Below, one piece after another: positions 1-13,711 of a stretch of DNA of 64,000 nucleotides. Made by a program: the position numbers and the translations under genes. The stretch is from Eledone cirrhosa (Eukaryota). The stretch spans positions 73,842,001-73,906,000 of the forward strand of contig OZ024740.1 of the NCBI GenBank assembly GCA_964016885.1. Direction: 5' to 3'. How positions within the stretch are numbered: position 1 is the first letter of the stretch; each line of letters starts with the position of its first letter. The notes below the pieces were generated by a model that was given only the letters and a program-made list of their open reading frames with translations, did not search any database and was not told the DNA's origin.

Positions 1-205
1 TACAATACCTTGTCTAAACACTACGTTTATTTCTAACATAAACTGGAAATCGGTCAGACATCAATTATTAAATATTTATCTGCCTCGATATTCTTAATTT
101 TACACCAGGTGTGACCCAAACTTCGGTTCTCTTAATCATATATAGCTCTTTGACATTCCATATGCCCATCACTACTGAATTATAGTTACCACAAAAGGTA
201 CACAT

Positions 206-332
206 GAAAATATATTTAAGTAGAAAGAACTAAAACAGAAAATATATTTAAGTAGAAAGAACTAAAACAGAAAATATATTTAAGTAGAAAGAACTAAAAC
301 AGAAAATATATTTAAGTAAAAAGAACTAAAAC
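206..332. repeat. 32-bp tandem repeat, about 4 copies
   Basis: Unit GAAAATATATTTAAGTAGAAAGAACTAAAACA repeated head-to-tail. Confidence 0.9.
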
Positions 333-345
333 GAAACTACATATA

Positions 346-590
346 CTCTCGGGATTCGAATAATCTTCCCCTCCCTACTTATTATTTTTTCAGAACCTCA
401 CCCGCGCGCTCATATTCTAACCATCATCGCTTATTAAATTTTGTTATCTACCGCCAGTGAAATTTTGGTTTTTAAAAAAAATCAACGGAGTTAACCTAGA
501 AAAATTACTGTTTTTTCAACCCCACCGCATATTCTACCCCCATCCCACCCGCTTATTCCATCCATCCCCTTATTATTTGGGACCCGAGAG
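346..590. mobile_element. Tc1/mariner-superfamily MITE
   Basis: TA|CTCTCGGG ... CCCGAGAG|TA terminal inverted repeats with a TA target duplication. Confidence 0.65.
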
Positions 591-1154
591 TACGTATAAA
601 TATTATTACGATTGTTTTATCGTGTAAATCTGTAATCCCTGATTTCAGACATTTTTAGGGAACCCCACTATAACTTTTGTTTTTATTTTTTCAAAAATTT
701 CTTTGTATTTCTATTTTTAATCGTCGTAAATTACGATTCTGCAAAAAGTGAGTTATTCAGAATTTCAATGTTTTTCTCTTCCCTCAATTTCAACAAATGA
801 TTACTTTTTTTAATATTTTATTTTTATTTGGTTAAACATATAGAAAAAGAAAGCAGTATTGGAAAGAACTATAAATGCCATAAATGAGAGGAAAGGGAGG
901 AGAAGAACAAGGACTCTACTAGACAAATACTGTATGGTTAGGGAGTTGTGACCATGTGGTTTTAGGTTTTTGGTTCACTCCTTAGGTTGACAAATGATTT
1001 GGAAGTGAAATTTGATAGATGAATACAGTGAAGAAGCATGTTTTTTACCCAATTTTCTGAGCTATTATATCATAGCACTCAACTGTATATCTCTATAGAA
1101 AGGAATGTAAAATTTCTTCTGTGGAATCTGTTTTTTAAATAACTTTCATATCTG

Positions 1155-1171
1155 TTTCTCTATTATTTCAG
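1155..1171 (+). promoter_or_regulatory. 3' splice acceptor preceding the coding exon of ZNF paralog A
   Basis: TTTCTCTATTATTTCAG|AATATC; the same acceptor is conserved in the inverted paralog near 19460-19480. Confidence 0.6.
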
Positions 1172-1538
1172 AATATCAGATGACATTGGCAGAAAGCATT
1201 TTATATTTGAGATCCATCATCACAATTTATTATCTTTTAAAGACTAAAGGAAGATTTTATATAGAACAGAAATTTGTCTATTTATATCTGTTTTAACTGC
1301 TGTGAAATATTTCCTCAGAAATGAGATTGATAGCAGCATTTCTCTATTTCACTGTTTGGAATGTGTATAAGATAATTTCACATTCTAATTAAAATTGGAC
1401 AAATATACAAAATAGTTTGTAGTTTCTCCATATATTGTCTGTTGATGGAAATATAGCAGAAGAAATATTTGTGAGAAATAAACTACACATAAGAAAAGAA
1501 GAAACACATCTGAATCTTGAGGTGAACAAAGAAAAATT

Positions 1539-2630
1539 ATGGAAAATGAATTGTGTGAAAACCAGGTTGAATTGAAAGTAGAGTCTGAAAGGATTGATAT
1601 TCCTGAAGAAACAAGAGAGACACCATATCACTGTGAAATCTGTAAAAAGTCATTCTCTCAAAAAAGTCACTTAACTACTCACAAACTAATTCATACAGGA
1701 GAGAAACCATATCACTGTGATATCTGTAAAGCATCATTCTCTCAAAAAGGTAACCTAACTAAACACATACGCAGTCATACAGGAGAGAAACCATATCACT
1801 GTGATATCTGTGGTAAATCGTTTTCTGGAAATGGTGACCTGACTAGACACAAACGTATTCATACAGGAGAAAAACCATATCACTGTGATATCTGTGGTGA
1901 ATCATTCTCTAATGGAAATAACTTAACTATACATGTACGTATTCATACAGGAGAAAAGCCATATCATTGCGATATCTGTGGTAAATCATTCTCTCAAAAT
2001 GGTCATTTAACCCAGCATAGACGCATTCATACAGGAGAGAAGCCATATCATTGTGATATCTGTGGTCAGTCATTCTCTGAAAATGGTGTTTTAACTAATC
2101 ATAAACGCATTCATACTGGAGAGAAACCATATGACTGTGATATCTGTGGTAAATCATTCTCACTGTTAAGTAACTTAACTACTCACAAACGTATTCATAC
2201 AGGAGAAAAGTCCTATGAATGTGATATTTGTGGTAAATCATTTTCACAGTTAGGTACCTTAGCTACACACAAACGTACTCATACAGGAGAGAAACCATAT
2301 CACTGTGATATCTGTGGGAAATCATTCTCTGAAAATGGTGGTTTAACTAAACACAAACGTATTCATACAGGAGAGAAGCCATATCCCTGCGATATCTGTG
2401 GTAAATCATTCTCTGAAAATAGTAAGTTAACTAAACACAAACGCTTTCATACAGGAGAGAAGCCATATCACTGTGATATCTGTGGTAAATCATTCTCTCA
2501 AGGTGGGCACTTGACTATACATATACGGAGTCATACTGGAGAGAAGCCTTATCACTGTGATATCTGTGGTAAATCATTCTCCCAAAAAAGTCACTTAAAT
2601 ACACATGTAGGTATTCATACAGAAGAGTAA
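1539..2630 (+). CDS. Tandem C2H2 zinc-finger protein, 12 fingers (paralog A)
   Basis: 363-aa ORF with 12 CxxC-x12-HxxxH repeats, TGEKPY linkers and a short acidic N-terminus; no KRAB/BTB/ZAD domain seen. Confidence 0.95.
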   Translation: MENELCENQVELKVESERIDIPEETRETPYHCEICKKSFSQKSHLTTHKLIHTGEKPYHCDICKASFSQKGNLTKHIRSHTGEKPYHCDICGKSFSGNGDLTRHKRIHTGEKPYHCDICGESFSNGNNLTIHVRIHTGEKPYHCDICGKSFSQNGHLTQHRRIHTGEKPYHCDICGQSFSENGVLTNHKRIHTGEKPYDCDICGKSFSLLSNLTTHKRIHTGEKSYECDICGKSFSQLGTLATHKRTHTGEKPYHCDICGKSFSENGGLTKHKRIHTGEKPYPCDICGKSFSENSKLTKHKRFHTGEKPYHCDICGKSFSQGGHLTIHIRSHTGEKPYHCDICGKSFSQKSHLNTHVGIHTEE

Positions 2631-3394
2631 CTCTTATGAATGTAAAACATTTTTTTAAAAACTTCCAATGCTGACCTGAGTTATGAGACTTCTTGAGTTA
2701 ATATTTTGTAGCCCATTACCTTCCCTGGTGCAAATCCTTGTTTTTAACAAAACTATTCTCTATAATATACTTATAAGAAAGATATCACTATATCTGTGGT
2801 AAGTCATTCTCTGAAAGTGGTACCTGAACTCGTCATAGACACTTTCATATAAGACAGGTGTCATATAAATGTAGTCTCACAGGAAAATGGTATAACTGTG
2901 ATCATTATCATCATCATCATCATTTAACATCTGTTTTTCCAGCTAGCAAGGGTTGGACAGATTATCTCAGACCATGTCAGTACTTAATCGCAGCCATAAA
3001 TCTTTCAGATAGGCTGGTGGGACTGCATCTTGCGCACATACATTTCCACACGTTACAGTGTGTATTGGGTGTATTTATTCTGACACAAGCACTAGGGGAT
3101 CACATAGCTTTGAAACCAGAGTCTTCTCTTAGTTTTGAAAGTTTTCTGGTTGCCCTTCCTATCATCAACCACCTGACAGGATGTACTAGGTGCATTTGTT
3201 GTGGTACCAGCACAAGAGAGGTTGATATGTCATGTTTGAAGGGTTTCTCAGCTTCTGACATGGCTTCTACTGCTGAAAGTCTCGTCCAACATCAACCTTA
3301 ATAAAATCATTTCTTTCAGAACCCTCATCATCATCACCATTATCATTTAATATCTTTTTTTCCCTACTAGCAAGGTTGGACATATTTCAGTTGT

Positions 3395-3842
3395 TTATCA
3401 TCATCATCATCACCGTTTTACATCTGTTCTTCCACGCTAGCATGGGTTAGACGGGTTGTCCTGTTATGGGCAGTGTCTGGTCGGTTGACCTTGTCTTGCT
3501 CATACGGGAACTGATTCTGGCTTGATTTCTACAGCTGGATGCCCTTCCTAACACCAACCTCATTTACAGTGAGTGCTGGATGCTTTTTTTCCATGGCGCC
3601 TACACGTCCACTTTTACAATGTGGGCTGGGTGCTTTTTTGCCATCGCACCTCTACAACCACTTTGCAGTGGAATGATAGGGACCCCAGTCCTATCATCTC
3701 ATTTCTACAGCTGAGTAAACTAGAGCAATGTGAAATAAAGTGTCTTGCTCAAGGAAACAACACATCACTCGGTCCAAGAATTGAACTCACAACCTTTCGA
3801 TTGCAAGCCCAATGCTCTAACCACTAAGCCATGCGCCTTCAC
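3395..3842 (-). mobile_element. tRNA-derived CORE-type SINE (tail type A)
   Basis: On minus: A box TGGCTTAGTGG, B box GTGAGTTCAATTC, CORE-like TTCCTTGAGCAAGACACTT, AGGAAGGGCATCCAGC module, (GAT)n tail. Confidence 0.8.
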
Positions 3843-4699
3843 TTTATATTCTATACTATTGATTTTTTTTACATTGTGGGTAAATAGCTAAAAAATATCT
3901 CATAAATCATAGATAACATTACTGTATCGCACATTTATTATGTTATAAATAGATACTCAAACCATAACAGGAAATATTTCTTCATATCATTATAGAATGT
4001 ACATATGATATCTTATATTCTGGATCTTACACACATTATTTCATATATTTTATGTATATCCTTGTGTGAAATTTCATTATGTATATATCCCATCAAGGGA
4101 ATGATTCTGCTGTTGGTAAAATTTATATAATTTTATCATTTATTTTATATGTATCATATTTCATTCATAACTTGATGGTTAAACTAAAAGTTAACCTACA
4201 AGTGTCAATGTAACCTTTAACTTAATATAATCACAAGGTGGGTGACATAATTTGTAAATCATTCTCATCAATGTTCTAATGTCCCTGTACATGCTGGTAT
4301 ACACTTTACATGTCTATGATACCAGATATCAGCACATTTATTCTTCAGAAATTATTCTTTTATAGTTTTAGGTGTAGAATTAACTCTTTTGATACTAAAT
4401 TTGTATCAATAATACAAAGCTGTTAAAATGTTTATATTTAACCAAAAACTTTCCATCAAAATTTCATGTGTTCATGTCTGTGTTTATATTATGTAACTAC
4501 GTCATTCAATAAAATACGATCACAAAATGTATACTGTGGTTGATATGATAGACTAAGCATTGCCCCAGTATGGCCACAGTATAATGACTAAAAGAGTAAA
4601 CATGATACCTGCACATATATTAGACTCCTTTCCACAAATATCACAAATTTTATAGGAAAAACAATCTAATGTTGATTAATCATAGTTCGATGTGCTTGT

Positions 4700-7163
4700 A
4701 TTTTAACCTGCTGAAGGCAGCAGATGAAGTTTGTGGCTGGAGCAGGCCTATAGGCAGGAGGAGAGTAACGTGGTGGTGGAATAGTAAGGTGGAGGAGTCA
4801 ATTAAGGCCAAAAAAGCAGGCTTGGAAAGTATGGTGGGATGGGGGAAGTAGAGAAGACTATCAAGTTGCCTGGAGGGAAGCTAGGAGACAAGTGTACTTC
4901 GCAAGAAGGGAAGCAGAGGAAAGAAAATTCAAGCATGTTCTACAACGTGAGGACCAAAAACGTGAGGTGTTCAGGATTGCTAGGCAATGTGTCAAGGAAA
5001 ACCGTGATATTGTCGGGGAGAAGTGTGTCCTTAATGATGATGGTGTACTTGCCATCACTGACGCTGATAAGAAGGTAGCTTGGAAGTGTCACTACGAAAG
5101 GCTACTAAATGAGGAGAATAAATGGGAGAAAGACAGTCTCCCCCACATCGATCCAATAGAGGGACCAGCAGTGCGAGTTGAAGGTAGTATAATAAGTAAG
5201 GCAATCAAAGATATGAAGACGGCCGGGCCTTCGGAAATAGTTGCTGAAATGCTGAAAGCATCTGGAACGGTGGGACACATTATGGTCACCCGGATAGTCA
5301 ACCAAGTCATACAGAATGGGGCCGTTCCAAAGGACTGGCGTAGCAGCATCATCATTAACTGCTACAAGGGTAAAGGAGATGCTCTTGATAGGGGTAACTA
5401 TGGAGGCATTAAATTAATCGACCAGGTCATGAAGGTCACAGAAAAAGTAATAGCGCAACTAATCAGAGAATGAATTGATCTAGATGAAATGCAGCTCGGG
5501 TTTGTGTTGGGTAAAAGTACCACAGACGCTCTTTTCATTGTACAACAACTACAAGAGAAGTACCTAGCTAATTAGCTTTTGTTGACTTGGAGAAAGCCTT
5601 TGACAGAGTCCCCCGCTCCATTATCTGGTGGTCTCTTAGAAAACTAGGTGTTGATGAATGGCTTGTGAGAGCTATACAAGCCATGTATAAAGAAACAGTC
5701 AGTAAGGTTAGAATTAACAACGAATATAGTGAAGAGTTTAGCGTAAAAGTTGGTGTTCATCAGGGCTCCGTTCTTAGCCCCCTACTATTTATTATTGCCC
5801 TTCAGGCTATAACAGAGGAGTTCAAGACCGGCTGCCCATGGGAACTCCTATATGCAGATGATCTAACGCTCATAGCTGAATCAATGGCTGAACTAGAGAA
5901 GAAATTCCAAACATGGAAGCATGGCCTAGAATCAAAAGGCCTTAAAGTTAACTTGTCTAAGACTAAAGTTCTAGTTTGTAGGAAGGAAAATAGGGCACCG
6001 GTCCCATCTGGGAAATGGCCATGCTCAGTGTGTAGGAAAGAAGTAGGCAGAAACTCCATTTTATGTCCCAAATGCAAAGTATGGGTGCATAAAAGATGTA
6101 GTGGGATCACAGGTAAGCTAACTAAGAATATAGATTTTATATGTGGCCGGTGCTCTGGTGCAATAAGTAGCAGCAAGTGCCCACAGAATACTAGCTCATT
6201 CCATTGCACAGATGGTTCTATAGAAATAGTGGACACCTTCCGTTACCTGGGTGATAAAATCAGCAGTGGGGGAGGGTGCTCTGAAAGTACAGTAGCTAGA
6301 GTCAGAACGGGATGGAAAAAGTTCAGAGAGCTTATACCACTATTGGCCGCTAAAGGGTTCTCTCTAAAAATGAAAGGCAGGCTGTATGATGCCTGCATAC
6401 GAACAGCAATGTTACATGGCAGTGAGACCTGGGCATTGTGTGCAGAGGATATACGCAGACTGGAGAGAAACGAAGCTTGCATGCTCTGCTGGATGTGTAA
6501 TAGTAATATACGTGAACGGCAAAGCATAATCGTACTAAGGGAGAAATTAGGAATAAGAGGGATCAGATGTTTACTCGAGAGAAGACTACGTTTGTACGGT
6601 CACGTGATGCGCATGAAAGACAACAGCTGTATAAAAAAGAGCAGGGCGATAAAAATAGACGGTAGCCACAGAGTAGGCAGACCCAGAAAAACCTGGGATG
6701 ACTTGATAAATTCCAACCTCACACACTTACACCTCTCCAAGAAAATGTCACTGGACCGAGATCTTTGGCGCTACGCAGTCATACAGAAGACCCGCCTTGC
6801 CTAAGTACAAAGCGAAACCTACAGTCAGTAGGCACCTCTAACAAAATATACCCCACCCCATCCACACCACCCCCTTAAATGTGAAGTTATGTTGGTACCA
6901 CAACATCCAGTCCGAAACAAATGAGGTCATGTAGGTGTCACGACAAAAAACACAGTCCACGCTGTAATGTGGCCGTGTAGGTAACATGGTAAAAACCTCC
7001 CAGTCCACACTGTAAACGTGGTTGGTGTTAGGAAGGGCATCCAGCCATAGAAAACCCGCCAGACAGTCCTATACGAGCAGGACAACAAATCTTGCCTCAA
7101 GTGGGAAACCTCCCGTCCAAACCCATGCAAGCGTGGAAGATGGACGTTAAACGATGATGATGA
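4700..7163 (+). mobile_element. 5'-truncated RTE-clade LINE with a PHD finger inside the RT
   Basis: RT motifs KAFDRV, VHQGSVLSPLLF, LYADD and FRYLG; RTE-type C-terminus GSETW...YGHVMR...GRPRKTW; disrupted into 3 or more ORFs; ends in (GAT)n. Confidence 0.92.
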
Positions 7164-7227
7164 GTTGAAGAAACATTGGGAAAATTTGAAATTTCAATTC
7201 TAGTCATCCAAATGTAACTGACTATAA

Positions 7228-7418
7228 TAATTGTTTCTACTTTTGGCACAAGGCCAGCAATTACCCAGTGCATTACTGGTACTTTATTTTATCGACCGCA
7301 TAAGGACGAAAGGCAAAGTTAACCTCGGCGGGATTTGAACTCAGATTGGAAAGGGCCGTAACTCTATACGTCAAAGAATGGCATCTGACTCTCTACCGAT
7401 ACTGCCAATCCACCGCCC
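7228..7418 (-). mobile_element. tRNA-derived SINE with Meta-like central domain
   Basis: On minus: TGGCAGTATCGG A box, GAGTTCAAATCC B box, central domain close to GCCTTTCATCCTTATGGGGTCGATAAAATAAAGTACC. Confidence 0.8.
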
Positions 7419-7439
7419 TAACTGACTATAATAATAGTT

Positions 7440-8460
7440 GTTCTTCTTACTAATTCCTGGGAGGATCATTGGGGCAGAGTCCTCAGATATGCCTTCATGA
7501 GGGTCCTGTCAGAAGCAACCATCTCTTGTTCAGTGGTTGGTTTTGCCCGTAAAATCTGTCCAGCAATTGTTTCCTTAGATGTTCTAACCACATGTCTGTA
7601 GTATTGGAGCTGTCATCTCGCAATTCAGAGAAGTAGCAGCTCTACTGCATGTAGCCTTATCTCAGGCTATGCATTCTATCAAGTAACATTACCCCCAAAG
7701 ACCCTTTGGAGGAACCCCATTTCAGCTGCTTGCATTTGCGATCATATTCTTTTGGTCATTACTCAAGATCCATGTTCATAGTTAAGAATAAGCATGAACA
7801 CCAAATATAAGATAGCAAGTTTGGCTTTTACACCTACCTCTCTTCTGATGACCAAGTGCTGAAGCTGGCACATTACTGCACCAGTTCTTGCAGTTCTTAC
7901 ATTTAATTCAGCCTCCAGCCTTCCATAACTTGTGAAAATGGCCTGAAGATATTTGAAATACTTCATGTGCTTCAGTTGAACTTCCCTCACATGCAAAGTT
8001 TACTGTACAGACTTTCTTGAGAGAACAAGTGTCTCGGTCTTCACAACACTTATTTTCATTATTGCTGGGCAGCACTCAACAGCAAATGTATCCAGTGCAT
8101 ATCAGAGATCACCTCCGAATGAGTTAAGAGAACAGAGATCAAGAATTGATATTTTTACTGTCTCTGATCTCTTCCATTTTGTGTTAGATGTCCGTGTTTA
8201 TAGAAGGACTGTCAACCTATCACCATCTAGTTATCTGTGACCTGAAACTACCTAAAATCAAGAAAACCCACAAAATTGGCAGATCCAGCTCAATCTACAG
8301 GATAAAGTGGGAAGCACTGGCTGATAATGAGATCAGGACCTGGTATATGGATACTATTAAATCCAAATTCAGAAATATATGTAAACCAACCAGGTCATGT
8401 ATATCTGCACTATCATATGACCCCATCAAGATGTCAGATAGATTTTCTGGTTCTGATGTT
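7440..8460 (-). mobile_element. Degraded RTE LINE with inverted 5' segment
   Basis: Minus strand has RT C-terminal remnants (FKYL...); 8140-8460 on plus has an APE-end remnant (LSTYHHLVICDL). Confidence 0.65.
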
Positions 8461-9599
8461 TGAACCCAAATAGACCCACTATTTAAATGCATGCATAATT
8501 AAATATATTTTATAGTCATTGATGTGAACTCTTTAGTGCAGGTACCATGATAAAAAATGCACCCAGTATATCTTGTAAACCTTGACTAGGAGTGATCCTG
8601 ATATTGAGGGGTAAATATCCACCTATAGCAAACTAGGTGAACTTAGCCCTAGCTTTACATGTAATAGCTTTGAACCAGGATACCACTGATGTGTCGTTGC
8701 TCCATTGAAGTAGATTGGTGTTTTTACCTAATGTATGTATTTATGTCTCTTAATATTGTTTAACACTCTGCTCTAAGGTGAGTCTATTGGTGAAGACAGT
8801 CATGTGTCCTTCAGCATAATGAAGGCCTCCTGTTTGGCTAGAGCACTCAACTCTCATCAAATTTTGATCATTTAGCTATTGTCTTGGCTTCCATCATTTA
8901 TAGTATCCACTCCAGTTTTTTTAATACTTGCTAGTGATGTTATTGACAACTAACTATTTATATCTATTGCTGTCTACTTTATACATCTTCTTAGTCTTAC
9001 CATGGAAAACAAAAATATTAGAAGATTTGAACTGTTTGATGTCATTAGAGAGCTTATATTGAAAGAAACTGTTGCACTTTATATTAGATATCATATCAAG
9101 TAGATCGGCTTCAAAAGGTGCTAGTTATTTGACTGAAGATTTCTATGTTGCTACCAGTTGAATGGAGTGTACTGAGTGCATTTTATAGTGGCCCTAAAAC
9201 TAAGGAGGTTGCCTTGTTTTAAGGCAAACATGTTTGAGGGTGAGAATAGGAAGGAGTGTCAGGAGAACAAATATATATATGATGAGTGTGGTGAGTGACA
9301 TGATGGTATTAAAGGCAATAATGAAGGGAAGAAGGATTAGAGGCTACATGACTGGTAGTTGGACAGATGCTGTATAAAAGGTTAGAGGGACTATAGCTGT
9401 GATTAAGTACTGGCTAGCAGGGAAAATGGATGTTAAATGATAATTATGATGATATGTTTATTTTATTTTCATAAATTTTCGAAATTAACAGGCCATTCTG
9501 ATTTCAAATACACTGTATATTTGGTTTAGAATAGGTAAACTATATCTCTGCATGCTATAAGAGGCAGCTAAAAGAGTTGGCATTTAGCCATAAAACAAT

Positions 9600-11300
9600 G
9601 TCTCCAAAAGGATCTCATGATGTGTATAATAATATAGGCAGGGTAGAGCCGAAAGTATCTCATGGTGGTCCCCACCCATTCTCATCAAAACTCAATGTCA
9701 GGAACCCAATCAAAACAAAGGAGGAGTTCAGTTCATTTATGATTGCCAACTGCCTGATGTTTGTTGTGGAGACTTCTATATGAGGTTTGGGACATGGAAT
9801 GAAGGAGGGAGACCAGGAGAACGGCTGGAGGCACTAATTAGAAGAGTGAACATATGTTGTGTGTAAGATGTAAGAGAGAAGGAAGGGGAGTGGTGCAAGA
9901 AAGGTGAGAGGAAGACAAGAACAGGAGTACAGATTTATGTGGAAAGGGTGTCAAGAAGGCATGCATGCTGTTGGTATCTTAATTTCTATAGAGTTTGTCG
10001 ACTATATGGTGAGTGTGACTAAAGCGAGTGAACAGATGACATTAATGAAACTGGTGATTGGAAAGTTCTTAGTAAACATCATCTCAGGATATGCCCCACA
10101 GACAAGTCAGAACGGTGTGCAATAGAAAAGATGATTGAAAAAATGAAAATTGAAGAAATCATTGTATTAGGAGGGGTTTGAATGGACATATAGGAAGGAG
10201 TATGAACAGTTTTGAGGAAGTCCAAGAAGGATATGGTGTGAAGAATGAAGAGGTAAAAGGATTTTGGAGTTTGCTGATGGAACTGAGAGGTCAATTTGTC
10301 ACACCAAATTCCAGAAAGAAGACAATAAACTTGGTATGTACTTATTGGGTGGGTTATCATCAACTGTTGACTGCCTGATGGTACATGGATGAGATTGAAG
10401 GAACCTTCTTAATACAAAGGTAATCTCAGTGTAGGAGGAGAATTCAACAGAGGAAATATCAACCAAGGTTGAAGGTGTGGGGATTAAAAGAAACTACAGT
10501 GAGGGAGGCTTTAAAAGAGAAATTGAGTATGGTGGGAGATGATATGAATGTCATCTTCAGAGTAATTGGAAGTCTCTGAAAGATGGTTTGTTAGAAGCTG
10601 TTGATGTGTGTGGTGGAACAAAAGAATCACTAAGACATTTGGAAACATGGTGATGGGTTGATGAAGATGGAAAGAGGATTGATGAGAAAAGGGGAAGATT
10701 CAGAGAATGGCAAAGAGTAAGGATACGATAGCAGAAGAACCACATCATGGTTATGATGCAGCCATGAGGACTACAAAGAAAGAAGTGGAAAAGCACAAGA
10801 GATGAATGCTTAGAGAACGAAATGATTCAGTGTAAGGTGTTTAGAATTACAAAGCAGTTAGAGAGAGAGAGGTGATATGAAAGGAGTGAACAGTTTGACG
10901 GATGAAGTCAGGGAAATTGTTGTAGACTCAGATGGAATTAAAGAAAGGTGGATAAGATATATAGAGAGATTGTTGAGTGCGAAGAATGAATGGGATGGCA
11001 ACATAAAGAGCAATCCAGTTCTTGGACTGGCTGAAGAAGTATGGAGAAAGATGACGAGTGGAAGGGCAAGAGTTGTGGGAGATTTGTTAAAGGCAATGGG
11101 AAGTTGGGGTGTGAAGACGATGACAGAGATCTGTAGGTCGGGGGGGGGGGGCTGTATTTCAGTGGATTGGGAGTTGAGTACTCACATCCCTCTGTACAAG
11201 GGAAAAGGCAACCCTAGACTGTTGCTCATCTAGAGCAATTAAGCTTTTGGATCATGGAATAAATGTATTGGAAAGAGTGCTTATGAGCAGGAAGAAGAAT
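9600..11300 (+). mobile_element. Degraded RTE LINE (APE endonuclease to RT N-terminus)
   Basis: Remnant motifs RFGTWN, YRFMWKG, NIISGYAPQ, LNGHIG, IPLYKGKG. Confidence 0.75.
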
Positions 11301-11799
11301 GACTGGTGTCATTTTTATTGAGGCAGCTACAATAAAAGTACATAGACAAGAGAAAGAATTTGTTTATACTATATATTTATATACATATATATATACAGTA
11401 TATTATTATTATTTTTTTTTTTTCATTTATCTTGCTTTATGTTCATACGAGTTATCACCAAGTCACACCAGTGATCTCAAGAGACAACAAGGTCCACCAT
11501 GTTCAAGAAAGAACACATACACACATACATGTATCTTTAGGTGTTGATACCTGTGATGTATTTATATTGACAGAATCTTCCTTAGTATATGGGCAGTTCC
11601 CATTAGTACTATCTTTTGTATTTCTTCTATATGCGGGTTTTCTGGGATTTGGGATAAGTAATCATTAGACCCCTTTCTAGAGCACCTACAACCACTGGTA
11701 CTGTTTTAGTTCTGAACTCCCACATTTTTCCAATCTCTATCTCCAGGTCTTTATACTTGCTCAATTGTTCAAATGTTTTTATAAATACATTCTTATCTA

Positions 11800-12330
11800 T
11801 AGGTTGATGGCTTCTGCTATCTGGATAACCAAATCAGTTGCGAAGGTGGTTGCCTGAGTAAGAACAGGATGGAGGGAGTTCAGGGAGCTACTGCCACTGC
11901 TAACTACTAAAGGTCTCTCACTCAAGATAAAAGACAAGCTGTATGATGCCTGCATGCATTCAGTAATGCTACATGGAAGTGAAACATGGGCTCTGTATGC
12001 CAAGGACCTATGGAGATTGGAAAGAAATGAAGTCTGGACGATCAGCTGGATGTGTAACAAAAATATGCATGTATTGAGGGCGGAACTGGGCAAAAGAGGA
12101 ATCAAATGTTGTGTGCAGGAGAGAAGACTATGGTGGTATGGTTCCTTGATGCGCATGAAGAATGACAGCTGTTTAAATAGGTGGAGGGTTTTAGAGGTTG
12201 CAGGATGCCCCAAAAGAGGGAGTCCAGGAAGATGTGGGATGAAACAATAAAGGCAGACCTGACTCTACTAAATCTCACAATGAGGATGACAGGACCGTCT
12301 CCCCTGGCACTACAACATACAACAAAAGAC
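11800..12330 (+). mobile_element. RTE LINE 3' fragment
   Basis: MLHGSETWAL...ERRLWWYG. Confidence 0.8.
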
Positions 12331-13099
12331 CCATGTCGACAACTCAACCCTACCCTCAGCTCATAACAGCACCACTCAGCCCCACACTGAAAACACAGTC
12401 GATGGCAGGCCCACCCAGTAACATGGCTCCCTTTATGAGTTAGGCTTGATATGGCCAACTGGCCCAACCTCCCTCATAAACTATGGTTCCGCTGTGAGAA
12501 GGTTTCAGTGCAGCCAAATGGCCTATCCCTCCTCATTGCCAATAATTTCTTATGTTTTAGAATTTTATCCTCTTTGATATGGATAAGGAATGTAATATCT
12601 TATATATAGCTTATGTGTTGCCACATTGTTTGTTCTAGATATAATAAATTACAAAGTTTCACACACATATAGGTTTTTATGCTACCATCAACATAGATAA
12701 AATAAAAACAAAGTATAACATTTAACTATACCAGTGAATGGGGAATATATTTTCCTTAGACTATCTCTCACTTGGCTACCATCAACCAACTAGCTCTATT
12801 ACATATTCGCTAGATAACCAGCATCATAAAATGTTCAAAGTAGGCTACCATCAACCAACTGGCTCTACGTCATGTGTTCACTAAATAACTACCTTCATTA
12901 TCATTTAACCCTTTAACATTTAAACCGGTCATATCCGTCCAGAATTCTCTCACCTCTTTCTGTTCAAACTGGCTGTAACTGGCCACTCATACTGATATTA
13001 AGAAATTATTCTCAAAATAAATAATATCAAAATCTTATAAATTCAATATTATGTGAGGTAAAGCCTTCACTGCAAAAATACAATAGTATGTATAGAGTA

Positions 13100-13660
13100 A
13101 TGTAAATTCAAAAGGGTTAATGTACAAAATTGGTGCTGAAACAACCAAGCACCCTCACTGGCGTCGCCTGACACCTCAGCCTCTAACAATGACAACATCT
13201 TCATTGTCTGTGGCCCAGCTTTCCCAAATGTCTTGAATGCCATAGGCTGGAAGAAATGGTTCACTGAAAAGTCCTGGTACTTCAGAATTTTATTCCATTT
13301 GGTTATGGAAGCAGTGATCTACATATTTACTGCAGAATCGAGGATGTGAAAGGTAGCAAAAGAGTCACAGACTATGATGTCCCAGATAAGACATCTAGTT
13401 CTTACCCAGGGACAAAGAGTAAGACCATCTAGTCTCTTTGCATCAATTCTGGATAATCCAGCTGACTCCAGAACTGAGAGGATATTTACCCAAACTAGGG
13501 CCTGCTTAATGATCAGGTTTAGCTCGGTGTGACAAGCGAAGTAACCAGCATTCAGGCTGCAAGACAAATGACGAAGGCCTGTGGACCTAGGTGCCTATCA
13601 CAGCAATATCTCAGTCCCTTGCAGACATCAGCTCTCACTCGGAATGTAATGGAGATGTTG
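13100..13660 (-). mobile_element. CRE-clade non-LTR fragment (restriction-like endonuclease)
   Basis: SCSLNAGYFACH...DAKRLDGLTL.PW...LIWD; homologous to 49144-49720. Confidence 0.75.
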
Positions 13661-13711
13661 GCTACCATCAACCAACTGGTTACATCACATGTTCACTAGA
13701 TAACTACCATC

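Noticed and set aside
1389-1631. Antisense ORF conserved with 19162-19401
   Set aside because: The similarity simply reflects the duplicated ZNF 5' region
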